From the IMG/VR virus record IMGVR_UViG_3300005537_000001, positions 62,001 to 126,000 of that record: 64,000 nt of DNA; one strand, written 5' to 3'. A program made the translations under genes and the position numbers. The notes beneath the pieces were generated by a model that ran no database searches, was not told the DNA's origin, and saw only the letters and a list, made by a program, of their open reading frames with translations. Below, piece after piece: positions 40,766 through 50,622 of the stretch (the stretch's first letter is position 1; each line of letters begins with the position of its first letter).

Positions 40766-41701
40766 GTGCTGCTCATCGGCTCTCACGCTGCGATCCTAAA
40801 CGGTCTTCCGCTCACCCGCAAGCCCATCGACATCGATCTGATAATGTCGCCGAGCGATTTTGTGCAGCTCAAGGAGTTCCTCAATGACGACATCGAGCGA
40901 ACAATCCTAATTGACAAGAGGCGGGTCGCCCTCAAGCTGAAGTCCAGTGAGATCGTTGAAATCGAAATCGCCTGGCCCGATTCTAGCGCCGAGTGGCTGC
41001 TTCGCGGTGATCTGATGTGCCCTGAGATTCCCTTCTTCAGGATAGCTGAAATTCAGGTGGGACCACATACCCTATCGGTAGATGTTCCGCTGCTCAACGT
41101 GCTCCTCGCGCTCAAGCTGTCCCACCGCTACAAGAAAAATTCGCCGCACTTTCTCAAGACGATGCACGACATCCACGCGCTGCGGAAGACGGGAGCTGAC
41201 GTTGACGGTCTTCAAGACTTCATCAAGCTGCGCGAGAAGGAAACTTACGACTACGCGCATCCGAGCTTGAAGCGCGACAAGAAGAACTTCTTCAAGGACG
41301 ACGGCATCAAGTACGTTTACGACCACGACTCCATCCACGAGGCGGTGGCGCTTGGTGACAAGCCGGCCTACCGCTCTTTCTCGGCGGAAGGACAGGAAGT
41401 TTACTCCTCCAAGGAGCTGTTCAACAAGTGCTCCGAGCAGCTGAAGCTGAGCGCCGTCGTAGAGGAATCCTATGTGCTCGCGCTGGAACGCAGCCAGATT
41501 CCGTTCAAGGGTCAGGTAGATCCGGATCGATCATTCACCATGGCGCTGCAGAAGGTTTGCACCTCCATTACGAGTGGTTGGTTCCGCGAATATGCGTGGG
41601 AACATTACTGGGAAGCTATGTCGATGTATTCTCCCGACTACGTCAATGTGTTCTGGAACGCAGTCGAGAAGAACAAGGTCAAACCTCATAAGGTGACATG
41701 A
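40766..41701 (+). CDS. nucleotidyltransferase-like phage protein
   Basis: LIGS.A...DID at N-terminus; K..SH, DHD..H. Confidence 0.6.
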   Translation: MLLIGSHAAILNGLPLTRKPIDIDLIMSPSDFVQLKEFLNDDIERTILIDKRRVALKLKSSEIVEIEIAWPDSSAEWLLRGDLMCPEIPFFRIAEIQVGPHTLSVDVPLLNVLLALKLSHRYKKNSPHFLKTMHDIHALRKTGADVDGLQDFIKLREKETYDYAHPSLKRDKKNFFKDDGIKYVYDHDSIHEAVALGDKPAYRSFSAEGQEVYSSKELFNKCSEQLKLSAVVEESYVLALERSQIPFKGQVDPDRSFTMALQKVCTSITSGWFREYAWEHYWEAMSMYSPDYVNVFWNAVEKNKVKPHKVT

Positions 41702-42315
41702 TGAATGAATCGCGTGGGCATCATTTAATTAAACAGCCAAAGAAAAGAATAGGATCTAGTGGTGGTGGGTCATGGTGGACATCAACTCCTCGGCGGCTTG
41801 CTTGTAAATTTCGAGCACGTGAGCTAATTGAAATTGAATTAGGAGGAGAAGAGCTCATGCTCAGTGGTAGGGGCATTTATAGCACCGTACCGAAAATATT
41901 TGAGCAAGTAAAATCTGAATTCCCAGATGTTTTTGAAGAATATTTGAGAGATAAAGGTAAGGATATTACGCAAAAAATTTTGGGTGATAGAGTTCACAAA
42001 ATGTACTATTCCTACTTGCCTAAAGAAGGAAAGAAATATCATGGTAGATCAACTGAACATCCAATTTTTAATGGTGAAAAGAATACTGAGCCAAGTGATA
42101 GATGGACCATAAAGCCGAAACAAATCGGTATGGACATCAAGCTGGTTATAATTGTTGATGATCAAGCTTACGAAGGTAATCACGACAAGCTTGTTGACAT
42201 AATTCGTGCTGACATACTTGCTAAGGGTAAAAATTGGTCTAGATATGAAAGAACTAGATATGATGGTAAGGGATTACGTGGTGGCGCTGAAGTTTGGTCT
42301 AAAATAGAAAAATAA
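41698..42315 (+). CDS. AT-rich hypothetical protein
   Basis: ORF track; visibly lower GC. Confidence 0.6.
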   Translation: MMNESRGHHLIKQPKKRIGSSGGGSWWTSTPRRLACKFRARELIEIELGGEELMLSGRGIYSTVPKIFEQVKSEFPDVFEEYLRDKGKDITQKILGDRVHKMYYSYLPKEGKKYHGRSTEHPIFNGEKNTEPSDRWTIKPKQIGMDIKLVIIVDDQAYEGNHDKLVDIIRADILAKGKNWSRYERTRYDGKGLRGGAEVWSKIEK

Positions 42316-42352
42316 CTGTTTACTTTTAGCGTCAACTGTAGTAATATGTCAT

Positions 42353-42834
42353 CTCGGTAGCAATACTGATGTCTACACAGGGGCAAAACGACCTGAAGGC
42401 AAAACCTTCAGGTCGTTCTCAAAAACGGTGGAGATCCATAAATAGATTCACGTTTAAATGTCTTCTGGAGTAGTTTGTGTCTTCGATATCAGTTCTTCCG
42501 CAGTCCTATCTAGCGATTCTCGCTACAGGTAGCGTATTGCCAGCAGGAACAGAGACTATCTGACCCTTAATCAACGAAAGCGAAGATTAAGGGGAGCTCA
42601 AAGCTCCCCAAATTGTTTCTGAAGACGAAGATTTGAAAATTAGCGGTTCAAGGCTCCGCTAGGAAGAGGACAGATGAGTCCCACCAAACAAAAGTCGGAC
42701 CGCGAAGAAGCCGATCGGTGCCCTTGCCTGAGATCGGAATGAGTGCGAGACAAGGTACCTATGGTATCCGGGTTAGGCAACTAGCCCGGGTACTATTTTG
42801 AAGCTCATTTACACGAGTGAGCTTCAAAATAGTA
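42353..42834 (+). ncRNA. candidate large structured ncRNA
   Basis: promoter 42319-42347, no ORF, many perfect hairpins and GNRA loops. Confidence 0.55.
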
Positions 42835-42835
42835 T

Positions 42836-42910
<75 letters not shown>

Positions 42911-42915
42911 TTTTT

Positions 42916-43001
42916 GGGTGTGTATGCAAGAGGCCAAAGCGCGCAGTCTGTAAAACTGACTCCTTCGGGATTCGTAGGTTCGACTCCTACCGCACCCACC
43001 A
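42916..43001 (+). tRNA. tRNA-Tyr(GTA)
   Basis: cloverleaf, long V arm. Confidence 0.92.
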
Positions 43002-43005
43002 TTTT

Positions 43006-43139
43006 AGCAAACCGTTGATTAGGATTATCTGGCGCAGTGAGTTTCGATACCACGCCTACAGGTGCTAACATCTGTAGAGCCTCAGTTTAGGGAGAGGCAT
43101 CTGACCGCCTACGGGCACCCCTATCGCTCTTTGTTTGCT
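43006..43139 (+). ncRNA. element copy 1, permuted, around T-arm-like/acceptor/D-arm pieces
   Basis: AGCAAAC-CG..GATTATC ... TTT-GTTTGCT. Confidence 0.7.
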
Positions 43140-43217
43140 CTTTTAAAGGGACACGGCTGCAGTTGTGAACGTGGAGAAATCCATTCGGTGGCATGCTGCA
43201 GCAACCTCCCTACTTTT

Positions 43218-43324
43218 TGCAACCGCTTAAAGAAGGTTATCTAAGTTCAACTCTTAGGCTGCTCACGCAGTCACGGCATATCCTCACGGATACGGCGCCA
43301 ACTCCGTCTTTTACCTTTGTTGCA
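43218..43324 (+). ncRNA. element copy 2, permuted
   Basis: TGCAAC-CG..GGTTATC, CTAAG-TTCAACT-CTTAG T-arm, TTT-GTTGCA. Confidence 0.7.
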
Positions 43325-43524
43325 TTTCTTTCGAAGTGTCTCGTTAAAAACGGGTCTTACAGGTCCACGAAGATCGAGTCAACCGTCACTTTGAATCCTT
43401 CCTCTTGATCGACTAAGCCAAAAGTCACCGGCTCACGATGCTGGAAACGTCGCATAACCGACTGTAGAGGACCATTTTACAGCTACCAGAACGATCTCTG
43501 CTTAAGCAAATCGCTGGGGCTCCT

Positions 43525-43598
43525 GCGGGTTTGGTATAGAGGTTGTGCCAAAGCCTTCCAAGCTTTAGAGGCGGGTCCGAGTCCCGCAACCCGCTCCA
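43525..43598 (+). tRNA. tRNA-Gly(TCC)
   Basis: cloverleaf. Confidence 0.9.
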
Positions 43599-43783
43599 AT
43601 TTAATCCTTCCCGAGATGATGTGAAGGGCTGGTCTTCGCCAGTGAAGCTGGACAACCCAGCGATCATCAAATACTACTCTGCTGCATCCGGTAACAAGGG
43701 CCTAGGTAAGCTCTTGGGGTGCAGTGGGACCAGTGAAAGTCTGGCGCATGGATCGCTTGCGAAACGGGTCCCTTGAATTTTAT

Positions 43784-43871
43784 GCGCTTGTAGGCGAATT
43801 GGCATAGCCACTGGTTTGAGGTACCAGAACTCGAAAGGGTCCTGTGGGTTCGAGTCCCACCATGCGCACCA
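43784..43871 (+). tRNA. tRNA-Leu(GAG)
   Basis: cloverleaf. Confidence 0.9.
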
Positions 43872-44202
43872 AATACAGGAATTAAATTCCTCCGGAAGTC
43901 CGGCGTGCGGGTTCCACGATAACGCGCCCAACATCTAAGTCCTATTTGAGAACGCGGGTTGAAATCCTCCCCTCATCTAGGCGCATTTTTGTTCGCTGGT
44001 AAGCAAACGGTACATAGCCGTGGGTCTAACTGTCGGAATTAGCCGGCTCATTGACGAGCAAGTGACAGTCGAACAAATTAAACCCGACCGAAGCTGATTT
44101 AGTTCGGCTTAGCGTAGAAGAACCGCCGCAGGATATTGCGGCGAGACGGGCATCGCCACTCAGGGCGTCTGGGCACAGCCCATAAGTACTGAGACGATTT
44201 AT

Positions 44203-44280
44203 AGCGGATGAGTGAAACGGTTTACATTCAAGGCTCATAACCTTCGAGACACTAGGTTCGACTCCTAAGATCCGCTACCA
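44203..44280 (+). tRNA. tRNA-Met(CAT)
   Basis: cloverleaf; Met versus Ile2 not certain. Confidence 0.8.
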
Positions 44281-44308
44281 CCAGGTTAGGGTGATGCATA
44301 AATAACTA

Positions 44309-44944
44309 ATGCATCACCTTTTATACAAAACCACAAATATTCTCAACAATCGCTTCTACGTTGGGATGCACTCTACTAAGAACCCTAAAGACAGGTATCT
44401 TGGGAGTGGCAAGCGAATAAAGTACGAGATCCAAAAGTATGGTAAAGAAAACTTCAAGAGAGAAATCTTGGAGGAGTTCCCAACTCGTAAGGCGCTCGAA
44501 GATGCTGAAGCAGAAGTCGTGAATGAGGAACTTCTTTCCGATCCTCTCTGTCTCAATTTGAAAAATGGTGGAGAAGGTGGTGGTAGAATATGGAATTCTA
44601 ACCATGCAAAGAAATTTCATCGGGCTGGTTGGGAAGCGATGCATAGAAACAAAGATCATGTAGCAGCCGGATTAAAATCGGGTAAAACTAGAGAAAAAAG
44701 AAATCAAGAAGGATTGTACCCTCCTGGAACTTTTACGAGTCATTTTGGTGGAATGCAGCATTCTGAAAAATCTCGTGCGCAGATGAAAAATACTCATGCT
44801 AGAAACGCTCATCAGCGGGCTGAAAAAAATTCAAATTTTGGCAAGCGAAATGCTTGTGTTAACAAGGACGGAAAGAATAAAAGAATTCCACTAGATCAAC
44901 TTGAAATGTTTATAACTGATGGATGGACTAAAGGTCTAGTTTAG
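44309..44944 (+). mobile_element. free-standing GIY-YIG (Seg-like) homing endonuclease
   Basis: LLYKTTN..N.FYVG.H....D.YLGSG. Confidence 0.85.
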
Positions 44945-45015
44945 AAATACGTTTTTCGAGGTGGCGGAGTTTCCACCATTTGTAGGCCATGGATGGCCCA
45001 AAAGTTTACGCGAAT

Positions 45016-45105
45016 GCCTGGGTGGCGAAATTTGGTATCCGCGGCGGGCTTAGAACCCGTTGATCTTGATCGGTCGTGCAGGTTCGAGTCCTGTCCCAGG
45101 CACCA
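45016..45105 (+). tRNA. tRNA-Leu(TAG)
   Basis: cloverleaf. Confidence 0.9.
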
Positions 45106-45179
45106 ATTAGCGTCGGCAAAACCGACGAAAGCGCGGGCAGCCATTGTGATTTAGAGATCACGTATGGTCCGCGCAGTTT

Positions 45180-45259
<80 letters not shown>

Positions 45260-45465
45260 AAATTCGCTCAACAAGAGCGCGTCAGTTTGATCGGAAAAAT
45301 CCAGTGTTCACCTGGATAATGCACTGCAAGGCCAAATGTCCTAGGAAACTTTTGGTACTCAGTTATTGGTAGAAGAAATAGAGAGTAAGCTTCTCAGAAA
45401 TAAGCTACCAAGCTAAAAGCAAACGGCAGCGGGGCTAGCGTTGTCCATAACGATCAATTTAATTC

Positions 45466-45540
45466 GGGGGTATGTTGAAGCTGGGATCATAAGACGTTCG
45501 CAACGTCTAGTCGCGAGTTCGACTCTCGCTACCTCCACCA
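45466..45540 (+). tRNA. tRNA-Ala(CGC)
   Basis: G3:U70. Confidence 0.85.
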
Positions 45541-45556
45541 AATCTAGGAGAATAAT

Positions 45557-45739
45557 ATGAACCCATTAGATCAAGAGGAACACATCAAGCGCATCGTTTG
45601 CGAAAGTCAAACGTATACTGAAGTGATTAAGAAGCTGGGTTTCTCCAAGAATGCAAATTATGAGTGGATCGTCAATTTTATCAAGGAAAACAACCTTAAG
45701 TTGAAACCACTCTCGTTCGAGAACGCTAATTTAAGTTAG
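45557..45739 (+). CDS. small hypothetical protein
   Basis: AGGAG RBS. Confidence 0.6.
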   Translation: MNPLDQEEHIKRIVCESQTYTEVIKKLGFSKNANYEWIVNFIKENNLKLKPLSFENANLS

Positions 45740-45787
45740 CTGCAGTAGAAGTCTGCCGTTTGGGCGTCGAAAAGTCCACAAGATTAC

Positions 45788-45913
45788 GAGGTAATAGCTC
45801 AATAGTAGAGCATCAGGGAAGTAGAAGAAATAGGAACTACGCTGAAGTACAAAGCGACTATCTAAAGTATTGAAAACCGGAAGACAATGGTGCGATCCCA
45901 TTTTACTTCACCA
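45788..45913 (+). tRNA. tRNA-Phe(GAA)-like gene with 52-nt insert
   Basis: acceptor, D and T arms intact; TTGAAAA loop after insert. Confidence 0.65.
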
Positions 45914-46021
45914 TCAAATAAAGCTGCTACGAGCGAGTGAAAAATAGCAGCGCCGCCGGAAACGGTCCCACCTGGAGTGGTTAAGAGAATCTCGCATGCG
46001 GCAGAAATGCCGTCTCTTTAT

Positions 46022-46166
46022 GAAGTTGTAGGGAAGTGGTTAAACCCAGCGAAGCCGAAAGGCATATCCATTCTCGCCTTTTGTTGCGCAAGCAACCGAT
46101 AGAAAATGGTTATCATTAAGTCGCTGCCGAAAGGCTACGCCGGTTCGAATCCGATTGCCAACTTCA
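46022..46166 (+). tRNA. Tyr-like tRNA body interrupted by element copy 3 (46066-46114)
   Basis: GAAGTTG/CAACTTC acceptor; anticodon unresolved. Confidence 0.55.
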
Positions 46167-46219
46167 CTCCCAATCTTTTTGCTGGTTCTTATAAATATTC
46201 TCGTAAGGAGAATTTTAAA

Positions 46220-46930
46220 ATGAAGCCTGCAAAATATGTAAGACAAGAAAATCGAAAATATCACTACATTTACAAAATTACTCGATTTGATAATCATTAC
46301 TATTATGGCCGTCATTCAACGGATAATTTAGATGATGGATATTTTGGTAGTGGCAAACGTCTTTGGCATTCCATAAATTATCATGGCATAGAAAAACACA
46401 CTAAGGCGATTTTGGAATATCTTCCAACACTAACCTCTCTAAAAATAAGAGAAAGCCAGATAGTAAATGAAACATGTCTAAATGATCCCCTCTGCTTGAA
46501 CCTCCAATTAGGAGGTGGTGGTGGATTCATTAGTGAAGAACATCAGCGAAAGGCCTCATTAGCAGGTAGAGATAAAGCTCTCACTGCAATGAGGGAAATT
46601 TTTAAAAGTGGTAGCGAAGAAGCGGCGCGAAGAGCAAAAAATTCTGCTGCTACTCAAAAGCGTATGAGGCAAAATGGTGAGTTAACATATACCAAAAGAG
46701 AGCGAAATAACATCACCACTGTAGCCGCAACATTAGCCGCCGCCACTCCTAAATCTAGGGAAAAGAAAAAGAAAACATTTGCTGAGCGAAAACATCAGCA
46801 GGGTGAAAAGAATTCAAATTTTGGAAAGAGAAATGCTGTCATCAACAAAGATGACAAGAATAAGAGAATCCCTCTGTCAAAATTAGATGAGTATCTAAAT
46901 GCCGGATGGACCAGAGGTCTAATACGATAG
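46220..46930 (+). mobile_element. second GIY-YIG (Seg-like) homing endonuclease
   Basis: YIYKIT...YYG.HST....D.Y.GSG; C-terminus shared with 44309. Confidence 0.85.
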
Positions 46931-47012
46931 GGAGGTTGTCTATGTCATCGCTAAACGCAACAAGGGTAATCTACGCCACAGCGTAGGTGGAACCACCGCA
47001 AAATTTAGAAGG

Positions 47013-47273
47013 ATGTGCGAGGTATATCGATACTTCTCGCGTCACTGGGAACACGTTTTAGATTTTAGCGACGAGTCGCTAGTCGAACTGTTCAACCATG
47101 AGTCCTACGGAACTCCATGTTCACCAAAGAACGGATTTCTAGTAGGCAAGCAGCACCTTAACGTCAACGTTGCCATGTGGAAGGAAGACATCATCAAGGG
47201 AGTTCTGTTTAAACAGGAACTTTACGATGGTGAATTTCCAACTTGGTGGCTTGACAGTATTTTCAGGGTATAG
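47013..47273 (+). CDS. hypothetical protein
   Basis: ORF track. Confidence 0.6.
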   Translation: MCEVYRYFSRHWEHVLDFSDESLVELFNHESYGTPCSPKNGFLVGKQHLNVNVAMWKEDIIKGVLFKQELYDGEFPTWWLDSIFRV

Positions 47274-47338
47274 CTCAGCGGGAGAGCGCTCGTTTTGGAA
47301 ACGAGAGGTCGCACGTTCAATCCGTGTTACCCTGACCA
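47264..47338 (+). tRNA. tRNA-Pro(TGG)
   Basis: cloverleaf. Confidence 0.88.
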
Positions 47339-47401
47339 CTTTATACGTCCACCATGCTGTGGAATGTGCACCTAAGACCGTCACGCGGTCTTTGCCTATA
47401 T

Positions 47402-47477
47402 GCCACTTTAGCTCAGCTGGTAGAGCAAAGGTTTTGTAAACCTGAGGTCGTGGGTTCGATCCCTACAAGTGGCACCA
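47402..47477 (+). tRNA. tRNA-Thr(TGT)
   Basis: cloverleaf. Confidence 0.9.
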
Positions 47478-47625
47478 AATTCAGCTCTCGCAAGAGAGTT
47501 CGAGCGCGGCTCGAAGGCGCTCCGATGCTGTCCAGCGCGACAGTGGCTTTCTTCGAAAGGCGGATTCGAACCGCCGGGTTAGTAGCCAGTGATTGTTAAT
47601 CTCAAAACCCCGAAAAATTTTTCAT

Positions 47626-47748
47626 GAGGAAGTAGCTCAGTGGCAGAGCAGCCGCCAAACATCGTTTACGATATTTTGTCGAGCAATCGACCGTTGTATA
47701 ATGGTTATCCAAAGCAGCTTGTCGTAGGTTCGAATCCTATCTTCCTCT
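47626..47748 (+). tRNA. tRNA-Trp(CCA)-like gene interrupted by element copy 4 (47661-47709)
   Basis: GAGGAAG/CTTCCTC acceptor; TCCAAA directly after element. Confidence 0.65.
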
Positions 47749-47782
47749 CTTATTCTTTGAATATACGATTGATAAATATCGT

Positions 47783-48325
47783 ATGGCAAATCAATTTACA
47801 AAAGCAAAGGCATTAGGATTACCCAATCCTATACCATCCGAAGCTACATTAAAGAAATGGTCAGTTTCAGCTACAATAACCAATAATCGTAGATTTTCAG
47901 ATCCCAAAAATAGGGATCGTCAAAGTGCAGCTATGAAGCTTGCTGTTGAGAAATATCCAGAATCTTATGGTCCTTCGAATAGAGGTAGAACCAAGCGGAT
48001 AGATAAACATGGTCAAGCCTTTCAGGGAAAGTGGGAGCTGTATTTCTTTGAATGGTGCTTAGAAAATAACGTGGAAATTAAACGAGTTACTGAATCATTT
48101 CCATATGAATGGAATGGTAGTAGAAAATATTTTCCGGATTTTTATTTACCACAACTCAGCATGTATGCTGAAGTTAAGGGATATGAAACTCCTAGAGATT
48201 TAGCAAAATGGCGTGATTTTCCACATCGTCTAAAAATTATTAGGCGGGCGGATATCGAAAAGATATTAAAGAGGAATTTTGATTTAGGGTCTCTAGCTCA
48301 ATTGGTTAGAGCAGGAAACTCATAA
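47783..48325 (+). CDS. PD-(D/E)XK endonuclease
   Basis: Y.PDFY......EVKG. Confidence 0.8.
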   Translation: MANQFTKAKALGLPNPIPSEATLKKWSVSATITNNRRFSDPKNRDRQSAAMKLAVEKYPESYGPSNRGRTKRIDKHGQAFQGKWELYFFEWCLENNVEIKRVTESFPYEWNGSRKYFPDFYLPQLSMYAEVKGYETPRDLAKWRDFPHRLKIIRRADIEKILKRNFDLGSLAQLVRAGNS

Positions 48326-48363
48326 TTTCTTGGTTGCGGGTTCAAGTCCTGCGGGACCCACCA
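48287..48363 (+). tRNA. tRNA(CAT), Ile2-like
   Basis: body resembles bacterial ileX-type tRNAs. Confidence 0.85.
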
Positions 48364-48370
48364 CATATTT

Positions 48371-48445
48371 GCGACTGTAGCTCAGGGGTAGAGCAAACGA
48401 CTGATAATCGTTAGGTCGTAGGTTCAAATCCTACCTGTCGCACCA
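48371..48445 (+). tRNA. tRNA-Ile(GAT)
   Basis: cloverleaf. Confidence 0.92.
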
Positions 48446-48461
48446 TCAAAACGAGGAACAA

Positions 48462-48767
48462 ATGAATCGCGAACTCATCTATGTATTTCCGGATTATTGC
48501 TCCACCGGGTTGTGGAGAGCATCGACGGGTGTAAATCTTGAACCATCGAGTCTTGGTATATCTTCGGGCTTGCAGATAGCCCTAAAGTACTGGCACGCTC
48601 ACTGGGAACTCAACTTGACCGACATGGATAACTTGACATCGGATAGTCAAACTGATCTAACTTATGGTCAGAAAAGAGCCTTTGCGAGATGGACTGTTGA
48701 TGGCTACGAGCTTGCCCGTCGAATGACAAATGAGAGTGAGCGATACGAATTTCAATTCAAAGAATAA
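48462..48767 (+). CDS. hypothetical protein
   Basis: GAGGA RBS. Confidence 0.65.
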   Translation: MNRELIYVFPDYCSTGLWRASTGVNLEPSSLGISSGLQIALKYWHAHWELNLTDMDNLTSDSQTDLTYGQKRAFARWTVDGYELARRMTNESERYEFQFKE

Positions 48768-48918
48768 AGTTTTACTGCAAGAGCTGGAGGACGGGGGTAT
48801 CACCGAAATTGACCTCTCCTCGTTGGGCAGCGGCTAGTCGGTATGCCGGTTGTGTTGGAGCGTGATTTCACGCTGTCTTGGAGGAAACTAACAAGGCGTT
48901 GCGAGCACAAATTTTTAC

Positions 48919-49001
48919 GCGAGTGTGGATAATGAGAATTGGCAGATCTAACAGGCTCAAACCCTGTACCTTTGTGGGTTCGACTCCCACCACTCGTACC
49001 A
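48919..49001 (+). tRNA. tRNA-Leu(CAA)
   Basis: large D loop, short V region. Confidence 0.82.
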
Positions 49002-49006
49002 GTTTA

Positions 49007-49102
49007 TGGGAGATTAGTCAGCGCGCATCCGACTCGAGACAACGTATGCGTGAGGGTGATAGCGGCTTAAAATATTGGTTCGACCCCAATATCTCCCAGC
49101 CA
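49007..49102 (+). ncRNA. atypical tRNA-like RNA with 8-bp acceptor stem
   Basis: TGGGAGAT/ATCTCCCA-GCCA; T-arm ATTGG/CCAAT. Confidence 0.55.
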
Positions 49103-49110
49103 AAATCTAT

Positions 49111-49193
49111 GCGAGTGTGGATAATGAGAATTGGCAGATCTAACAGACTTAAAATCTGTTCCCTTGTGGGTTCGACTCCCACCACTCGTACCA
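49111..49193 (+). tRNA. tRNA-Leu(TAA)
   Basis: near-duplicate of Leu(CAA). Confidence 0.82.
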
Positions 49194-49271
49194 AGCTTTG
49201 AGTAAGGAAAGTAAACGGAGGATGGGCAGGCCGCGAACGTTAGCGGGCGGATACCCCACCGGCTCAAAACA

Positions 49272-49401
49272 ATTTCCAAACCGTTGATCGTTGATTATCG
49301 GTAAAATCGTCCCCTCATTAAAGGGTACAGATGAGTTTCAGGTTCAAGCCCTGCACCCTTCCGCGAGGAAGGTCTATCGACTTTCGCTTTTGTTTGGAAA
49401 T
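49272..49401 (+). ncRNA. element copy 5, permuted, around degenerate tRNA pieces
   Basis: 10-bp ATTTCCAAAC/GTTTGGAAAT; T-arm; CCTTCC-GCGA-GGAAGG. Confidence 0.72.
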
Positions 49402-49408
49402 TTATCAC

Positions 49409-49487
49409 GCGCTTGTGGTCAAACTGGCAAAGGCGCTCCGTTCAGACCGGAGAGATTCTGTGGGTTCGAGTCCCACCTTGCGCACCA
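49409..49487 (+). tRNA. tRNA-Leu(CAG)
   Basis: cloverleaf. Confidence 0.85.
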
Positions 49488-49492
49488 AATTT

Positions 49493-49569
49493 CAGGGTAT
49501 TGGAAAGTCTGGTAATCCGCTTCCCTCGGACGGAAGAGATCGCCCGTTCAAATCGGGCTACCCTGACCA
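49493..49569 (+). tRNA. tRNA-Pro(CGG)
   Basis: cloverleaf. Confidence 0.88.
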
Positions 49570-49608
49570 ACTGTTTACTTTTTACGATGTTCATGGTACA
49601 ATGAGCAA

Positions 49609-50622
49609 ATGAAACAAGCGCTAATCTTCTTGCTGCTGTTTATGACGCTGCCCGCGGTGGCATCTCATCGCCACCGCTCGCGATCACCGATAGCTATGAC
49701 GACGTCAAGCGTTGGCGCGAAGATCGATGCCTTCTCAGCTAGGATGGCCGCTCAGCATCAGTTTGACCGGCAGGAGATTCATGATTTCCTTACCCGCACC
49801 GAACCAAACATGGACGTGTTCAAGTTCTTCAACCGCAAGGCGAAGAAGAACTTCACCCCAGAAGAGCTTGAGGAGCTGAAGCTTCTCGCTCAACTTCGAA
49901 TTCAGCATGGAGTGGAATTTTGGAACAAGAACCAGAAAGCCCTCGACAAGGCGCAACTCGTTTACGGTGTTCCAGCTGAAGTCATCGTCGGTTTGATCGG
50001 CATCGAGACAAGCTACGGCTCCTACCTTGGCAAGTTCAAGGAACACCAGGTACTGGTCACCCTCGCGTTCTACGGTGATCATCGTTCTAGCTACTTTCAA
50101 ACCGAGCTAGAAAGCTTCTTGGTGTTATCACGCGAGTTTGGCTGGGATCGAGAAAACATCCCATGCTCCTACGCTGGAGCCGTTGGCATTCCGCAGTTCA
50201 TGCCCGACAACATGAAGCCATACGCGGTAGACTTTGATGACGATGGACGAGTTGATCTCATGGACCCTGCCGACGCGATCGGCAGCGTCGCGAGCTTTCT
50301 TTCTCAGCATGGCTGGGTAAAGGGTGAAGCGATAGCAACTCGAACAGGCGCTAGGATAGCCCGCAAAACCTTCGTGCTCAGAACTCTGCCTGGTCCAGCT
50401 CCTACGATCTGGAAGAAGCAGGAAAATTTCACGGTGATTCGACGGTACAATCCGCTCGACTCATACGCGATGGCGATCTTCATCCTAGCAAACAAGGTGA
50501 AGGACGTTAAAGATCATCAGCTTGAACCTATCGAGATCGATTCGGTTCAGATTGAAGCTCCTCCGGAATCTGATGAGGAACCCATGATAAATAGTAACGA
50601 GATTTCAAATCTCATGTTTTAA
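49609..50622 (+). CDS. mltB: lytic murein transglycosylase B-like
   Basis: IGIETSYG, SYAGA.G.PQFMP, AVDFD.DG.VDL, S.A..L..HGW. Confidence 0.9.
   Translation: MKQALIFLLLFMTLPAVASHRHRSRSPIAMTTSSVGAKIDAFSARMAAQHQFDRQEIHDFLTRTEPNMDVFKFFNRKAKKNFTPEELEELKLLAQLRIQHGVEFWNKNQKALDKAQLVYGVPAEVIVGLIGIETSYGSYLGKFKEHQVLVTLAFYGDHRSSYFQTELESFLVLSREFGWDRENIPCSYAGAVGIPQFMPDNMKPYAVDFDDDGRVDLMDPADAIGSVASFLSQHGWVKGEAIATRTGARIARKTFVLRTLPGPAPTIWKKQENFTVIRRYNPLDSYAMAIFILANKVKDVKDHQLEPIEIDSVQIEAPPESDEEPMINSNEISNLMF

Noticed and set aside
43885-43900. GGAAGTCCGG resembling RNase P CR-I
   Set aside because: No matching P4 3' strand or P1/P2 nearby
46100-46125. Ochre (TTA) anticodon in the interrupted Tyr-like gene
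   Set aside because: Register is ambiguous and lacks U33; cannot be supported
45788-47748. Group I or II introns in tRNAs
   Set aside because: Inserts are about 50-60 nt, too short, and lack P7 or domain V motifs
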